From: Bacillota bacterium | GTDB taxonomy: Bacteria > Bacillota > Clostridia > TANB77 > CAG-508 | Length of the DNA stretch: 49,410 bases | Assembly (NCBI GenBank): GCA_963929465.1 | Contig: CAWVJG010000029.1 | Coordinates: 1-49,410, forward strand | Direction of reading: 5' to 3' | Shown here: in pieces, positions 9,685 through 18,255 of the stretch | Layout: each line of letters opens with the position of its first letter | How positions within the stretch are numbered: position 1 is the first letter of the stretch | Program-made: the position numbers and the translations under genes | Notes under the pieces: generated by a model | What the model was told of the DNA's origin: nothing | Seen by the model: the letters and a program-made list of their open reading frames with translations, nothing else | Databases searched by the model: none

Positions 9685-11496
9685 TTATTTTTCATCTAAA
9701 TCTAATTTAATGTGCACATCTTTTAATTGTTGTTCTGTAACAACAGATGGTGCTCTCATCAATAAATCTCTTGCTCTTTTATTCTTTGGAAATGCAATAA
9801 CTTCTCTTATATTTTGAGAATCTGCAATTAGCATAATCATTCTATCAATTCCAGGTGCAGCACCTGCATGAGGTGGTGTTCCATATTGGAAAGCATTATA
9901 TAATGCACCAAATCTATTTTTTACATCTTCTTCGCTATATCCTGCAATTTCAAAGGCTTTTACCATGATTTCTGGATCATGATTTCTAACAGCTCCTGAT
10001 GCCATTTCATATCCATTACAAACTAAATCATATTGGTATGCTAACACATCTAATGGATTTTTATTTTCTAATGCTTCTAATCCACCTTGTGGCATTGAGA
10101 ACGGGTTATGGCTAAAATCAATGGTTCCTTCATCAGATAATTCATACATTGGGAAATCAACGATAAAGCAGAATTTGTATACCCCTTTCTCAATTAAGTC
10201 TAATCGTTTTCCTAATTCAATTCTAACCAATCCTGCAATTTTTTGTGCTTTTTCAAATTCATCTGCAATAAAGAAAATACTTGCATTCTTTTCTAGTCCA
10301 AAGTCTTTTTCTAATTTTTCTTTGATTTCATCTGTAATGAATTTTGCAATACCACCTTGAACATTTCCTTCATTGTCTAATTTTGTCCAAGCTAATCCTT
10401 TTGCTCCTACTTCATCTGTTGTGGCAAATTCACCCATTTTATCAAAGAATTTTCTTCCTTGTTCTGCTCCATTTGGTACAATAATCGCTTTTATGGTTTT
10501 ATCTTTAAATGCATTAAAATCAGAATCTTTAAATACTTCTGTTACATCTTGAATAATTAATGGATTTCTTAAATCTGGCTTATCAATTCCGTATTTTTCC
10601 ATCGCTTCTTTATATGGAATTCTAACAAATGGTCCTTTGTCCACTTTCCAGCTTGTAAATTTTTCAAATGTATATGGTACCACTTCTTCGATAACTTTAA
10701 ACACATCTTCTTGTGTAGCAAAACTCATTTCAAAGTCTAATTGATAAAATTCTCCTGGTGCTCTATCTGCTCTTGGATCTTCATCTCTAAAACATGGTGC
10801 GATTTGATAATATTTATTAAATCCACTAACCATTAATAATTGTTTAAATTGCTGTGGTGCTTGTGGAAGTGCATAAAACTCCCCTGGATTTAATCTACTT
10901 GGTACTAAATAGTCTCTTGCACCTTCTGGTGAAGAATTTGCTAAGATTGGCGTTTGAATCTCTGTAAATCCTAATTCGTCCATTTTATCTCTTATTGTTT
11001 TTAATATTTTTGAACGTAACAAGATATTGTTATGTAATTTTTCATTTCTTAAATCTAAAAATCTATATTCTAATCGTAAATCCTCTCTAACTTCTTGGTC
11101 TGTATTAATTTCAAAAGGAAGTACATTTTTACATTTTCCTAATACTTCTATTTTTTCAGCAACTACCTCAATATCTCCTGTTTTCATATGAGGGTTTTTG
11201 CTTGCTCTTTCCACAACTTCTCCCTCTATGTGGATACAACTTTCTGTGTGTAATTCTTTTACAAATTTCTTCAATTCTTCGTCATTAACCACAATTTGTG
11301 TAATTCCAAATTCATCTCTTAAATCTATAAAAGTCATTCCACCCAAATCTCTTATTTTTTGAATCCATCCTGCCAATTCAATATGTTCTTTTACATTTTT
11401 GATATTTAATTCTCCACAAGTTTTTGTTCTATACATTTTTATTCCTCCTGTTTGTTTTATCTTACCTATAATACCATAATTTCCCCTATTTTTCAA
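9685..11496 (-). CDS. aspS: Aspartate--tRNA ligase
   Basis: Class II aaRS with an OB-fold N-terminus and the motif CFRDEDPRADRAPGEFYQLD. AGGAGG lies 7 nt before the ATG at 11436 (MYRTKTCGEL), the likely true start. Confidence 0.95.
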   Translation of the reverse strand: MKNRGNYGIIGKIKQTGGIKMYRTKTCGELNIKNVKEHIELAGWIQKIRDLGGMTFIDLRDEFGITQIVVNDEELKKFVKELHTESCIHIEGEVVERASKNPHMKTGDIEVVAEKIEVLGKCKNVLPFEINTDQEVREDLRLEYRFLDLRNEKLHNNILLRSKILKTIRDKMDELGFTEIQTPILANSSPEGARDYLVPSRLNPGEFYALPQAPQQFKQLLMVSGFNKYYQIAPCFRDEDPRADRAPGEFYQLDFEMSFATQEDVFKVIEEVVPYTFEKFTSWKVDKGPFVRIPYKEAMEKYGIDKPDLRNPLIIQDVTEVFKDSDFNAFKDKTIKAIIVPNGAEQGRKFFDKMGEFATTDEVGAKGLAWTKLDNEGNVQGGIAKFITDEIKEKLEKDFGLEKNASIFFIADEFEKAQKIAGLVRIELGKRLDLIEKGVYKFCFIVDFPMYELSDEGTIDFSHNPFSMPQGGLEALENKNPLDVLAYQYDLVCNGYEMASGAVRNHDPEIMVKAFEIAGYSEEDVKNRFGALYNAFQYGTPPHAGAAPGIDRMIMLIADSQNIREVIAFPKNKRARDLLMRAPSVVTEQQLKDVHIKLDLDEK

Positions 11497-11513
11497 TGCT
11501 TATGTGTAAGAAA

Positions 11514-11545
11514 GTGAAAAGGAAGCTAACAAATTGTCAGCTTCC
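11514..11545 (-). terminator. Terminator of the tandem-HD gene
   Basis: The stem ggaagct/agcttcc includes the stop codon and is followed by TTTT on the minus strand. Confidence 0.5.
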
Positions 11546-12886
11546 TTTTTGTGAGGTTAACTGGTTTTGTTTAGTCACTACCTCCACAATATTACTAATT
11601 GATAGAATATGATATTGCATGATTTCTATCTGATTCGCATATTGTGGTAAATGACTTTTTGTCCACTCACACAATGGAACCATGTATTCTTGGTTTTCCC
11701 TTGTATAAGCTTCCATTTCCTCATAACTTGCTTTTGCTAAGAAAGTGCAAGTATGAGCTCTGTTGGCAAGTTTCTCCAAGATTGCTCTTGGTTCTTTCTG
11801 AATTCTCTTATAATATTCAGGAAGTGGCATCGCTTTATCAGAAACAATATCTACAATCCTTATTACTTCAGGATTGATTCCACTATTTCTAATACATGTA
11901 TCAGCACCTTTCATCCAGTGTGCTTTTTCATGTAGCAATGCCGCCGCATTTGTGATATCATCCATAATTCCTAAATTCAACAAGTATGAACTTACTCTTA
12001 ATGGATGAATAACAAATGGGTCACCACTTGTCCTAAGCCTTCCCTCATAAAGTTTTTTTGCCATAGATAACGCCAAATATGTATTCGGCATATTCTCTTT
12101 TTTAGCATTAAACTCTATGAAATCCATCATCTCTTGATAGTTTTGGGTCTGTCTTGTAATCAATTCTTGCAGTCCCAAGAGTGATGCCAAAGACTCGCAA
12201 ATAGAGACCATTAAGTTTTCCAATATCTTGATGATATCGGAAAACTGGGGATAGATTTTCTTTCCTTCTGTACACAACGGATATATGTACTCAGTTGTTT
12301 CACGAATATATTTTATTCTTCGTGATTGTTTGAATACCTGCATTGTTGTACAGTTATTTGCTCTGTCAGAAAGCTTAATCAATGTTGCTTTCCAATTTTT
12401 GAGTATCCCCTTAAAATACTCCTTAGGATCATATGGTTCTCCTTTTGGAGGCTTAGATAGTATGTTTACAACTATCCATACTTCTTCCTCCAAATGGTAC
12501 TCATCTACCATTTCTCTTCCTTTATTCGGAAGATGGCAATCCTCAACAACATCATGTAACACAGCTGCTGCTAGAAGAATGTCACATTGGTAGTTTATCC
12601 AAGAACCATTTTTTTCTGGATACCATGCTTTTAAATATTTTTCTATATTTAAAAGCAATATTGTCTTACATACCATTAAAGGGTGTATAATATATGGTTC
12701 TCCACCATCTCTATACTGTCCTTCATGGTATTTCACTGCTAATTCTAATGCAATTATTAAATTCCGCATATTATGCATAATTGCATAGTCCATTAGCTTA
12801 TTATATTCCCTCTGCCATCTCTCTATTTTAAAACCAGTCTTTTCTTTCATTGCCTCAACCTCCTTTAATGAATCTAGGATTTCCAA
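11537..12886 (-). CDS. Tandem RelA/SpoT-type HD (alarmone-hydrolase-like) domain protein
   Basis: Domain 1 is HEGQYRDGGEPYIIHPLMV ... LHDVVED ... LSDRANN. Domain 2 is EGRLRTSGDPFVIHPLRV ... LLHEKAH ... LANRAHT, where HD is changed to HE and the ED pair is missing. AAGGAGG precedes the ATG at 12850. Confidence 0.6.
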   Translation of the reverse strand: MEILDSLKEVEAMKEKTGFKIERWQREYNKLMDYAIMHNMRNLIIALELAVKYHEGQYRDGGEPYIIHPLMVCKTILLLNIEKYLKAWYPEKNGSWINYQCDILLAAAVLHDVVEDCHLPNKGREMVDEYHLEEEVWIVVNILSKPPKGEPYDPKEYFKGILKNWKATLIKLSDRANNCTTMQVFKQSRRIKYIRETTEYIYPLCTEGKKIYPQFSDIIKILENLMVSICESLASLLGLQELITRQTQNYQEMMDFIEFNAKKENMPNTYLALSMAKKLYEGRLRTSGDPFVIHPLRVSSYLLNLGIMDDITNAAALLHEKAHWMKGADTCIRNSGINPEVIRIVDIVSDKAMPLPEYYKRIQKEPRAILEKLANRAHTCTFLAKASYEEMEAYTRENQEYMVPLCEWTKSHLPQYANQIEIMQYHILSISNIVEVVTKQNQLTSQKGS

Positions 12887-12955
12887 ACAACGATAATATT
12901 ATATATTATTTTTCATTTTATGTCAATCTTTCTTTATTTTCTTCACGATGAAGGA

Positions 12956-13022
12956 TTTTAGGGACAGGCAAATCGGGAAAAATGAGTCCATCTCCAATTT
13001 CCCGATTTGTCCGTCCCCAAAA
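12956..13022. repeat. Repeat A2: imperfect inverted repeat containing the GGGAAAAATGAGTCC.TC.CCAA unit
   Basis: The arms at 12956-12980 and 12998-13022 are complementary with 3 mismatches. The centre matches the A3 arm sequence with 2 substitutions. Confidence 0.8.
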
Positions 13023-13110
13023 TTCTTCAATTGTTATTGCAGTTTTTTTTATTTAATGATATGATTATTTTAATAGGAACAAATCCGTTTAAGAAAAGAG
13101 GAATGATACT

Positions 13111-14058
13111 ATGAAACAACCAGAATTTGATTTTTATGATAAAACAAGTTTAAAATCATATAACTTAGATAAAACCATGCGTTATCAATTAAATATGTTA
13201 GATACCTTGGACGTTTTCACAAGAAAACATTCTGAAAATGTGGCAGCTTTAACTTGTAGACTTTGTGAATACTTACATTGTGACAAAGGATTTACAGAAT
13301 ATTGTACAATTTGTGCATATCTTCATGATATTGGAAAATTATTTATTCCACCTTCTATTTTACAAAAACCTGCTAAATTAACTGATGAAGAATTTGAAGT
13401 TATGAAAAAACACACAACTTTAGGATATGAAATGTGCATGAAAGATTTAAAATTAAGACCTTATGCAGCTGGTCCTTTATATCATCATGAAGCCTTAAAT
13501 GGTACTGGATATCCTCAAGGTTTAACCAAAAATAAGATTCCATATGAAGGTCAAATTATACGAGTTGCTGATGAATATGATGCCATTGTTAGTAAAAGAC
13601 AATATAAGACACACGTTGGTATTTCTGACACCTTAAAAATTTTGGTTGATGAAACCAAACCTTCTATTACACCAAATTATTCTGGAACATTAAGTTATCT
13701 TGCTGAAGAAACCAAACTTGGAAAAAGTAACCCAGTTATTGTTCGTACTTTATTCAAGGTTGTTATTGATGATATTGGATATGAAATTACTTGTACCCAA
13801 AGTTATCTTGAGGCATTAACAGGAGATATTAAACGTTTAAAACAAATGTTAAAGTATAAGGATAAAATGGAAAAAGCCAAAAGTGAAAAAGACAGACAAT
13901 ATTATTCTGAAGGTATTCGCGTATTGTCAGAACCTGGTGAAACTGTTGATAACTTAGAAGAAGTTCATAAAGAATATATAGAAGCCTATAATACCAGAAA
14001 AGCAATTGTTGATAATTTATATCATGAAATTAAACTTATCAAAAAATTGAGAGTATAG
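13111..14058 (+). CDS. HD-GYP domain cyclic-dinucleotide phosphodiesterase
   Basis: Motifs LHDIGKLFIP and HHEALNGTGYPQG (HD and GYP signatures). It has a good RBS (AAGAGGA). Confidence 0.75.
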   Translation: MKQPEFDFYDKTSLKSYNLDKTMRYQLNMLDTLDVFTRKHSENVAALTCRLCEYLHCDKGFTEYCTICAYLHDIGKLFIPPSILQKPAKLTDEEFEVMKKHTTLGYEMCMKDLKLRPYAAGPLYHHEALNGTGYPQGLTKNKIPYEGQIIRVADEYDAIVSKRQYKTHVGISDTLKILVDETKPSITPNYSGTLSYLAEETKLGKSNPVIVRTLFKVVIDDIGYEITCTQSYLEALTGDIKRLKQMLKYKDKMEKAKSEKDRQYYSEGIRVLSEPGETVDNLEEVHKEYIEAYNTRKAIVDNLYHEIKLIKKLRV

Positions 14059-14084
14059 ATAATAAGAACCTTGTTGAAGACAAT

Positions 14085-14118
14085 AAAAGAGGATTTAAGT
14101 AAAATTAAATCCTCTTTT
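14085..14118. terminator. Bidirectional terminator between the HD-GYP gene and mazF
   Basis: A perfect 13-bp stem aaaagaggattta/taaatcctctttt lies between convergent stops. Confidence 0.75.
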
Positions 14119-14119
14119 A

Positions 14120-14485
14120 TTATTCTTCTAACCCAAAACTTACTCCTAATGCATTATTGACCTGATTTATAATTTTTTCATCATCTATATGTCCTATTTT
14201 TTCTTTTAATCGGCTTTTATCGATTGTTCGTATTTGTTCTGTTAAAACCACTGAATTGTTTTTCAATCCACAACTTTCTGAATCAATTTCTATATGTGTT
14301 GGTAATTTATTTTTTCCTGTTTGTGAAGTGATAGCCGCTGCAATAACTGTAGGGCTATATTTGTTACCTAAATCATTTTGTATAATTAATACAGGTCTAA
14401 TTCCTCCCTGTTCAGAACCTACTACTGGGCTTAAATCTGCATAAAACATATCTCCTCTTTTTATTACCATCTTTTTCACTCCCAA
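14120..14485 (-). CDS. mazF: MazF/EndoA (PemK family) mRNA interferase toxin
   Basis: [50 protein letters not shown] is close to B. subtilis EndoA as I recall it. The likely start is the ATG at 14470, giving the canonical 116 aa. Confidence 0.9.
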   Translation of the reverse strand: MGVKKMVIKRGDMFYADLSPVVGSEQGGIRPVLIIQNDLGNKYSPTVIAAAITSQTGKNKLPTHIEIDSESCGLKNNSVVLTEQIRTIDKSRLKEKIGHIDDEKIINQVNNALGVSFGLEE

Positions 14486-14540
14486 TATTGTTGTATTATC
14501 AAGTATGTGTTTTATTTTAAATATTAGCTAAGTAAAGTTT

Positions 14541-15176
14541 TTATTGAAACTTTACTTCTTTATATAATATGTAAATTAATGTTTTTTTGCTATTATCTTT
14601 TATTTCCATTTTCGTAGGTCTTCCTGTTTCTTTGCTGATATATAATATTCTATATTGAGTATATGGATTTTCATCTTTTTCTGTTTCTAGTATTATTTCA
14701 TTATCTTTTTCTATATATTCTTGTTTTTCACTTTGTTTATAGTTCTCTATAAATGTATTTAAGTCCATACAGTTATCTGTCATATATGGATAATCATTAT
14801 ATATCTTTGATATATTTAAATTTGTATTTTCTATCTTTATTTCATTTTTTGTCTTTTTTATTTTTATACCTTGTATATTTTGTGGTTCTAGTAGTTCTTG
14901 TTCTGATATATCTGGTGCTCTATATGTTTGCTTAATAACATATTTATTCGTATTTTTATTACTATTCACTTCTACTTCTATAATACTTTCATATGCGCTA
15001 ATATTTAAAATATTTTCAATCATTTCTTGACTACTACTATTATTTCCAATTTTCATTTTTTTACTCTTTGTTATATAAAAAAATATGGTAAAAAAAATAG
15101 CCACTATACTGATTATGATAATTATGTTTTTTAATATTTTATTTTTATTCAAAAAAAAGCCTCCTAATAAATACAA
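14541..15176 (-). CDS. Membrane-anchored protein of unknown function (possibly YdcC/LolA-fold-like)
   Basis: One N-terminal TM helix followed by a soluble domain. TAGGAGG lies 8 nt before the TTG at 15152, the likely start. The family assignment rests only on its position upstream of mazF, as ydcC is in B. subtilis. Confidence 0.4.
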   Translation of the reverse strand: MYLLGGFFLNKNKILKNIIIIISIVAIFFTIFFYITKSKKMKIGNNSSSQEMIENILNISAYESIIEVEVNSNKNTNKYVIKQTYRAPDISEQELLEPQNIQGIKIKKTKNEIKIENTNLNISKIYNDYPYMTDNCMDLNTFIENYKQSEKQEYIEKDNEIILETEKDENPYTQYRILYISKETGRPTKMEIKDNSKKTLIYILYKEVKFQ

Positions 15177-15198
15177 GTTAACCTTGCTACATCTTATT

Positions 15199-16176
15199 CT
15201 AGAGACTTTTAAAATATTCTTCTATTTTATTGATTAACTCCTCTTTTGTTTCTATCTTATTAATGGAATTTCTAAATTCACTTGAATTTTTAAGATTTTT
15301 TGTATACCACGCAATATGTTTTCTAAGTTCCTTAACTGCTATCTCTCCTTTTTCTTCTACTGCTAGATCGATATGTTTTTCTATAATCTGTAATTTTTCT
15401 TGATTGGTTGGCTCCTCCATTTTTTTACCATTTGCTAAATATTCGATGATTTCCTTAAATATCCATGGTCTTCCAAATGTTCCCCTTCCTATCATGATAC
15501 CATCTACACCAGTATATTCAAACATTCTTTTTGCTGTTTCACCATCTACCACATCTCCATTTCCAATAACTGGAATATGTACACTTTCTTTTACTTGTTT
15601 TATAATATCTAAATCAGCCTTTCCTGTATAAAATTCACTTCTTGTCCTTCCATGTATTGTTATGGCTGATATTCCTACTGCTTCTGCGATTTTTGCAATC
15701 TCTACAGCTACAACGTTTTCCTTGTCCCATCCTTTTCTGATTTTTAATGTAACTGGAACTTTTGAATGCGCCATCACTGTTTTTAAAATGCTTTCTGCTT
15801 TTTTTAAATCTAACAATAATTTACTACCATCACCATTTTTAACAACCTTTGGTGCTGGACATCCCATATTAATATCCACAATATCTGCAATATTGCTTAC
15901 ATATTCTGCGGCATATGCCATGGATTCTTCGTCACTTCCAAAGATTTGCATACTAATCGGTCTTTTTTCCTCATCTGTATTCAACAATCTTTTCGTTTTC
16001 AAATCATTATGAAACATGGCTCTTGCACTTGCCATTTCTGTGCAAACCATCCCTGCTCCGTATTCCTTGCATATCATTCTAAACGGTCTATTCGTAACAC
16101 CTGCCATTGGTGCTAAAATTAAATTATTATCTAGTTCTACATTCCCTATTTGTAACTTTTTAATATAATTCATCAT
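15199..16176 (-). CDS. dus: tRNA-dihydrouridine synthase
   Basis: 325 aa with LAPMAGVTNRPFR and a Dus-type FMN TIM-barrel layout. Confidence 0.85.
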   Translation of the reverse strand: MMNYIKKLQIGNVELDNNLILAPMAGVTNRPFRMICKEYGAGMVCTEMASARAMFHNDLKTKRLLNTDEEKRPISMQIFGSDEESMAYAAEYVSNIADIVDINMGCPAPKVVKNGDGSKLLLDLKKAESILKTVMAHSKVPVTLKIRKGWDKENVVAVEIAKIAEAVGISAITIHGRTRSEFYTGKADLDIIKQVKESVHIPVIGNGDVVDGETAKRMFEYTGVDGIMIGRGTFGRPWIFKEIIEYLANGKKMEEPTNQEKLQIIEKHIDLAVEEKGEIAVKELRKHIAWYTKNLKNSSEFRNSINKIETKEELINKIEEYFKSL

Positions 16177-16237
16177 TTCTCCTTGTAAAATATATATTTT
16201 TTATCTATATGACAACACCTAATTATATATTTAATAA

Positions 16238-16439
16238 AGTTCAGTGTAGAATTCTTGTATATTTATTTTTATAAATGACGAATGTGATTGGAGAATGATT
16301 AGAAATTCTTAAATAATTTTATGGAAAATGTTCGCGCTTGACGTGAAAGGGCGCCATAAAATTATTTTAGAATTTCTTGGCATTCGTATTGAGCCGAGGA
16401 ATTTATAAAAATAAATATACAAGAATTCTACACTGAACT
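16238..16439. repeat. Foldback element B1 (202 bp)
   Basis: It has perfect 39-bp outer arms (16238-16276 and 16401-16439) and the conserved boxes GACGAATGTG and GAGCCGAGG. It also has an inner stem and a GC-rich apex. Confidence 0.9.
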
Positions 16440-16449
16440 GTAATTTCTT

Positions 16450-17556
16450 TTATTGAACAAATATTGTTTTTTGTCTTTTACCACTAATATTTAATAATAG
16501 TCCTATACATATGAAGTTTGTAATCAAAGAACTTCCACCATAACTAACAAAAGGTAGTGGTACACCTGTTATTGGTAATAATCCCATAACCATTCCTATA
16601 TTTTCTAATACATGGAATAAAAATATTCCTGTAATTCCTATAGCAATTAGGGAACCTGCTTTATCTTTTGCTGTTTTTGCAATATAGATACATTTAGTTA
16701 TTAAATACACATATAGCAAAATAATACCACCTGCTACAATAAAGCCCATTTCTTCTCCAATAACAGAATAAATAAAGTCTGTTGTTTTAGGATACAAGAA
16801 TCCTAATTGTGTTTGATTTCCTTTTAAGATTCCCATTCCTGTTAGCCCCCCTGAACCTATGGCAATTTTAGATTGAATAATATTATATCCAGCTCCTCTA
16901 GGGTCTGATTCTGGGTTTAAAAATACATCAATTCTGCTTTTCGCATGTTCTGGCAATACAAAATTGTATAATAATGGAACCGCAATGATAATTAATAAAA
17001 TTGTTCCTATAATATATTTCTTATCCAAACCTGCCGAAAATAACATTAATGCCATTGCTACAATATAAGCTAATGCTGTTCCATAGTCAGGTTGCATAAC
17101 AATTAACAAAACTGGTAATCCCACAACTGCCAATGCAATTGGTAATCTTGTTATTCTATTGATTTCATCTTGTCCTTTTCGTTGAATTTTTATAATTGTA
17201 TATGTTAAAAATAATATCACAAATATTTTATCAAATTCTCCAGGTTGGAATGAAAAACCAAATATATTATACCAACTTGTTGCTCCATTAATTGGAGATG
17301 TAAATAATACACCTATTAATAACACAATAAATATGCCATATAATACTGGTGATGCCTTTAATAATAAGTTATAATCTATAAACATAACAATTACCATAGC
17401 AATTAAACTAACTACAAACCATATTATCTGCTTGGTAAATTCTTCATATTCAGTTTCTTGTGTGGCAGAAAATAATGCAACTATTCCTATAATACATAGA
17501 ATAATTGCAGCAATTAGGATTCCCCACTCCATATTTTTTAATTCTCTTTTTACCAT
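16450..17556 (-). CDS. rodA: FtsW/RodA/SpoVE-family peptidoglycan polymerase (RodA by context)
   Basis: Polytopic membrane protein with GSGGLTGMG and PITGVPLPFVSYGGSS, located directly after minD-minE. Confidence 0.8.
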   Translation of the reverse strand: MVKRELKNMEWGILIAAIILCIIGIVALFSATQETEYEEFTKQIIWFVVSLIAMVIVMFIDYNLLLKASPVLYGIFIVLLIGVLFTSPINGATSWYNIFGFSFQPGEFDKIFVILFLTYTIIKIQRKGQDEINRITRLPIALAVVGLPVLLIVMQPDYGTALAYIVAMALMLFSAGLDKKYIIGTILLIIIAVPLLYNFVLPEHAKSRIDVFLNPESDPRGAGYNIIQSKIAIGSGGLTGMGILKGNQTQLGFLYPKTTDFIYSVIGEEMGFIVAGGIILLYVYLITKCIYIAKTAKDKAGSLIAIGITGIFLFHVLENIGMVMGLLPITGVPLPFVSYGGSSLITNFICIGLLLNISGKRQKTIFVQ

Positions 17557-17650
17557 TAAATCACTCTTTTTCTATTTTTTTATTATATAAGAAATTCAAC
17601 TTTCATCTGTATTTTATATGATTTTTTTCATATAGAATACATTAAATTTC

Positions 17651-18229
17651 TTATTTCGATTTAATTTTTTCTTCTGCAACTTTTTCTTTATTTTCTAACT
17701 CTATGTCTTTTGTACTTTCTTGTTGATTTTCATTTTCTTCTTTATTCTCTATTTTTTCTTCAGAATTCATATGTTCTTTTGCTTCATCAGTTGATTGTTC
17801 ACTTTCTTCTACTTCTTCATTTTGTTTTGCTTCTTGCTCATTTTGCTTTTCCTCTTGTTCATTTTCTTTTTCCTTATCTTTACTTTCATTCTCTTTTTGC
17901 TCTTCGTTCTTTTTTTCCATTTTTCTTGCTTCATTTTTTATGTTTAATATTGGAATATTGGCATATAAAGCTGGAGCTCCATTTGTACCATCCTCATTTT
18001 CTTTATTGGTCAATCTGACATCAATTGCTCCTTCATCTATATCTATATATTTTTTTATAACTTCTATAATTTCTTGTTTCATTAATTCTAAGAAATCTGC
18101 TGATACATTTGCTCTATCTTGCATAAGAACTAAATGCAATCTTTCTTTTGCAGCTTCTTTTGAATGTGTGTTTGTTTTTTCTTCTTTCTTTTTTAATTTG
18201 TTAAAGAATTTCATTATGCTTTCAAACAT
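17651..18229 (-). CDS. minE: Cell division topological specificity factor MinE with long acidic C-terminal extension
   Basis: The N-terminal 95 aa match MinE (SKEAAKERLHLVLMQDR). About 90 further residues are E/K/N/Q low-complexity sequence. Confidence 0.85.
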   Translation of the reverse strand: MFESIMKFFNKLKKKEEKTNTHSKEAAKERLHLVLMQDRANVSADFLELMKQEIIEVIKKYIDIDEGAIDVRLTNKENEDGTNGAPALYANIPILNIKNEARKMEKKNEEQKENESKDKEKENEQEEKQNEQEAKQNEEVEESEQSTDEAKEHMNSEEKIENKEENENQQESTKDIELENKEKVAEEKIKSK

Positions 18230-18255
18230 TCTTAAATTTCCCTCCGACCTTTGTT

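Noticed and set aside
11437-11536. An expected T-box leader upstream of aspS.
   Set aside because: Only 100 nt separate aspS from the upstream gene. They contain a terminator hairpin and an RBS, and no T-box sequence.
12982-13056. The MSPSP mini-ORFs in A-family repeats treated as real genes.
   Set aside because: The shared ATG-AGT-CC.-TC.-CCA string is part of the repeat itself, and the frames diverge immediately after it. They are reported as an observation to test, not as CDS features.
16238-16439. Family-B and family-C elements as ordinary rho-independent terminators.
   Set aside because: They are 100-230 bp long with conserved unpaired boxes, most lack a U-tract, and separate conventional terminators sit next to several of them (28370-28400, 46320-46352).
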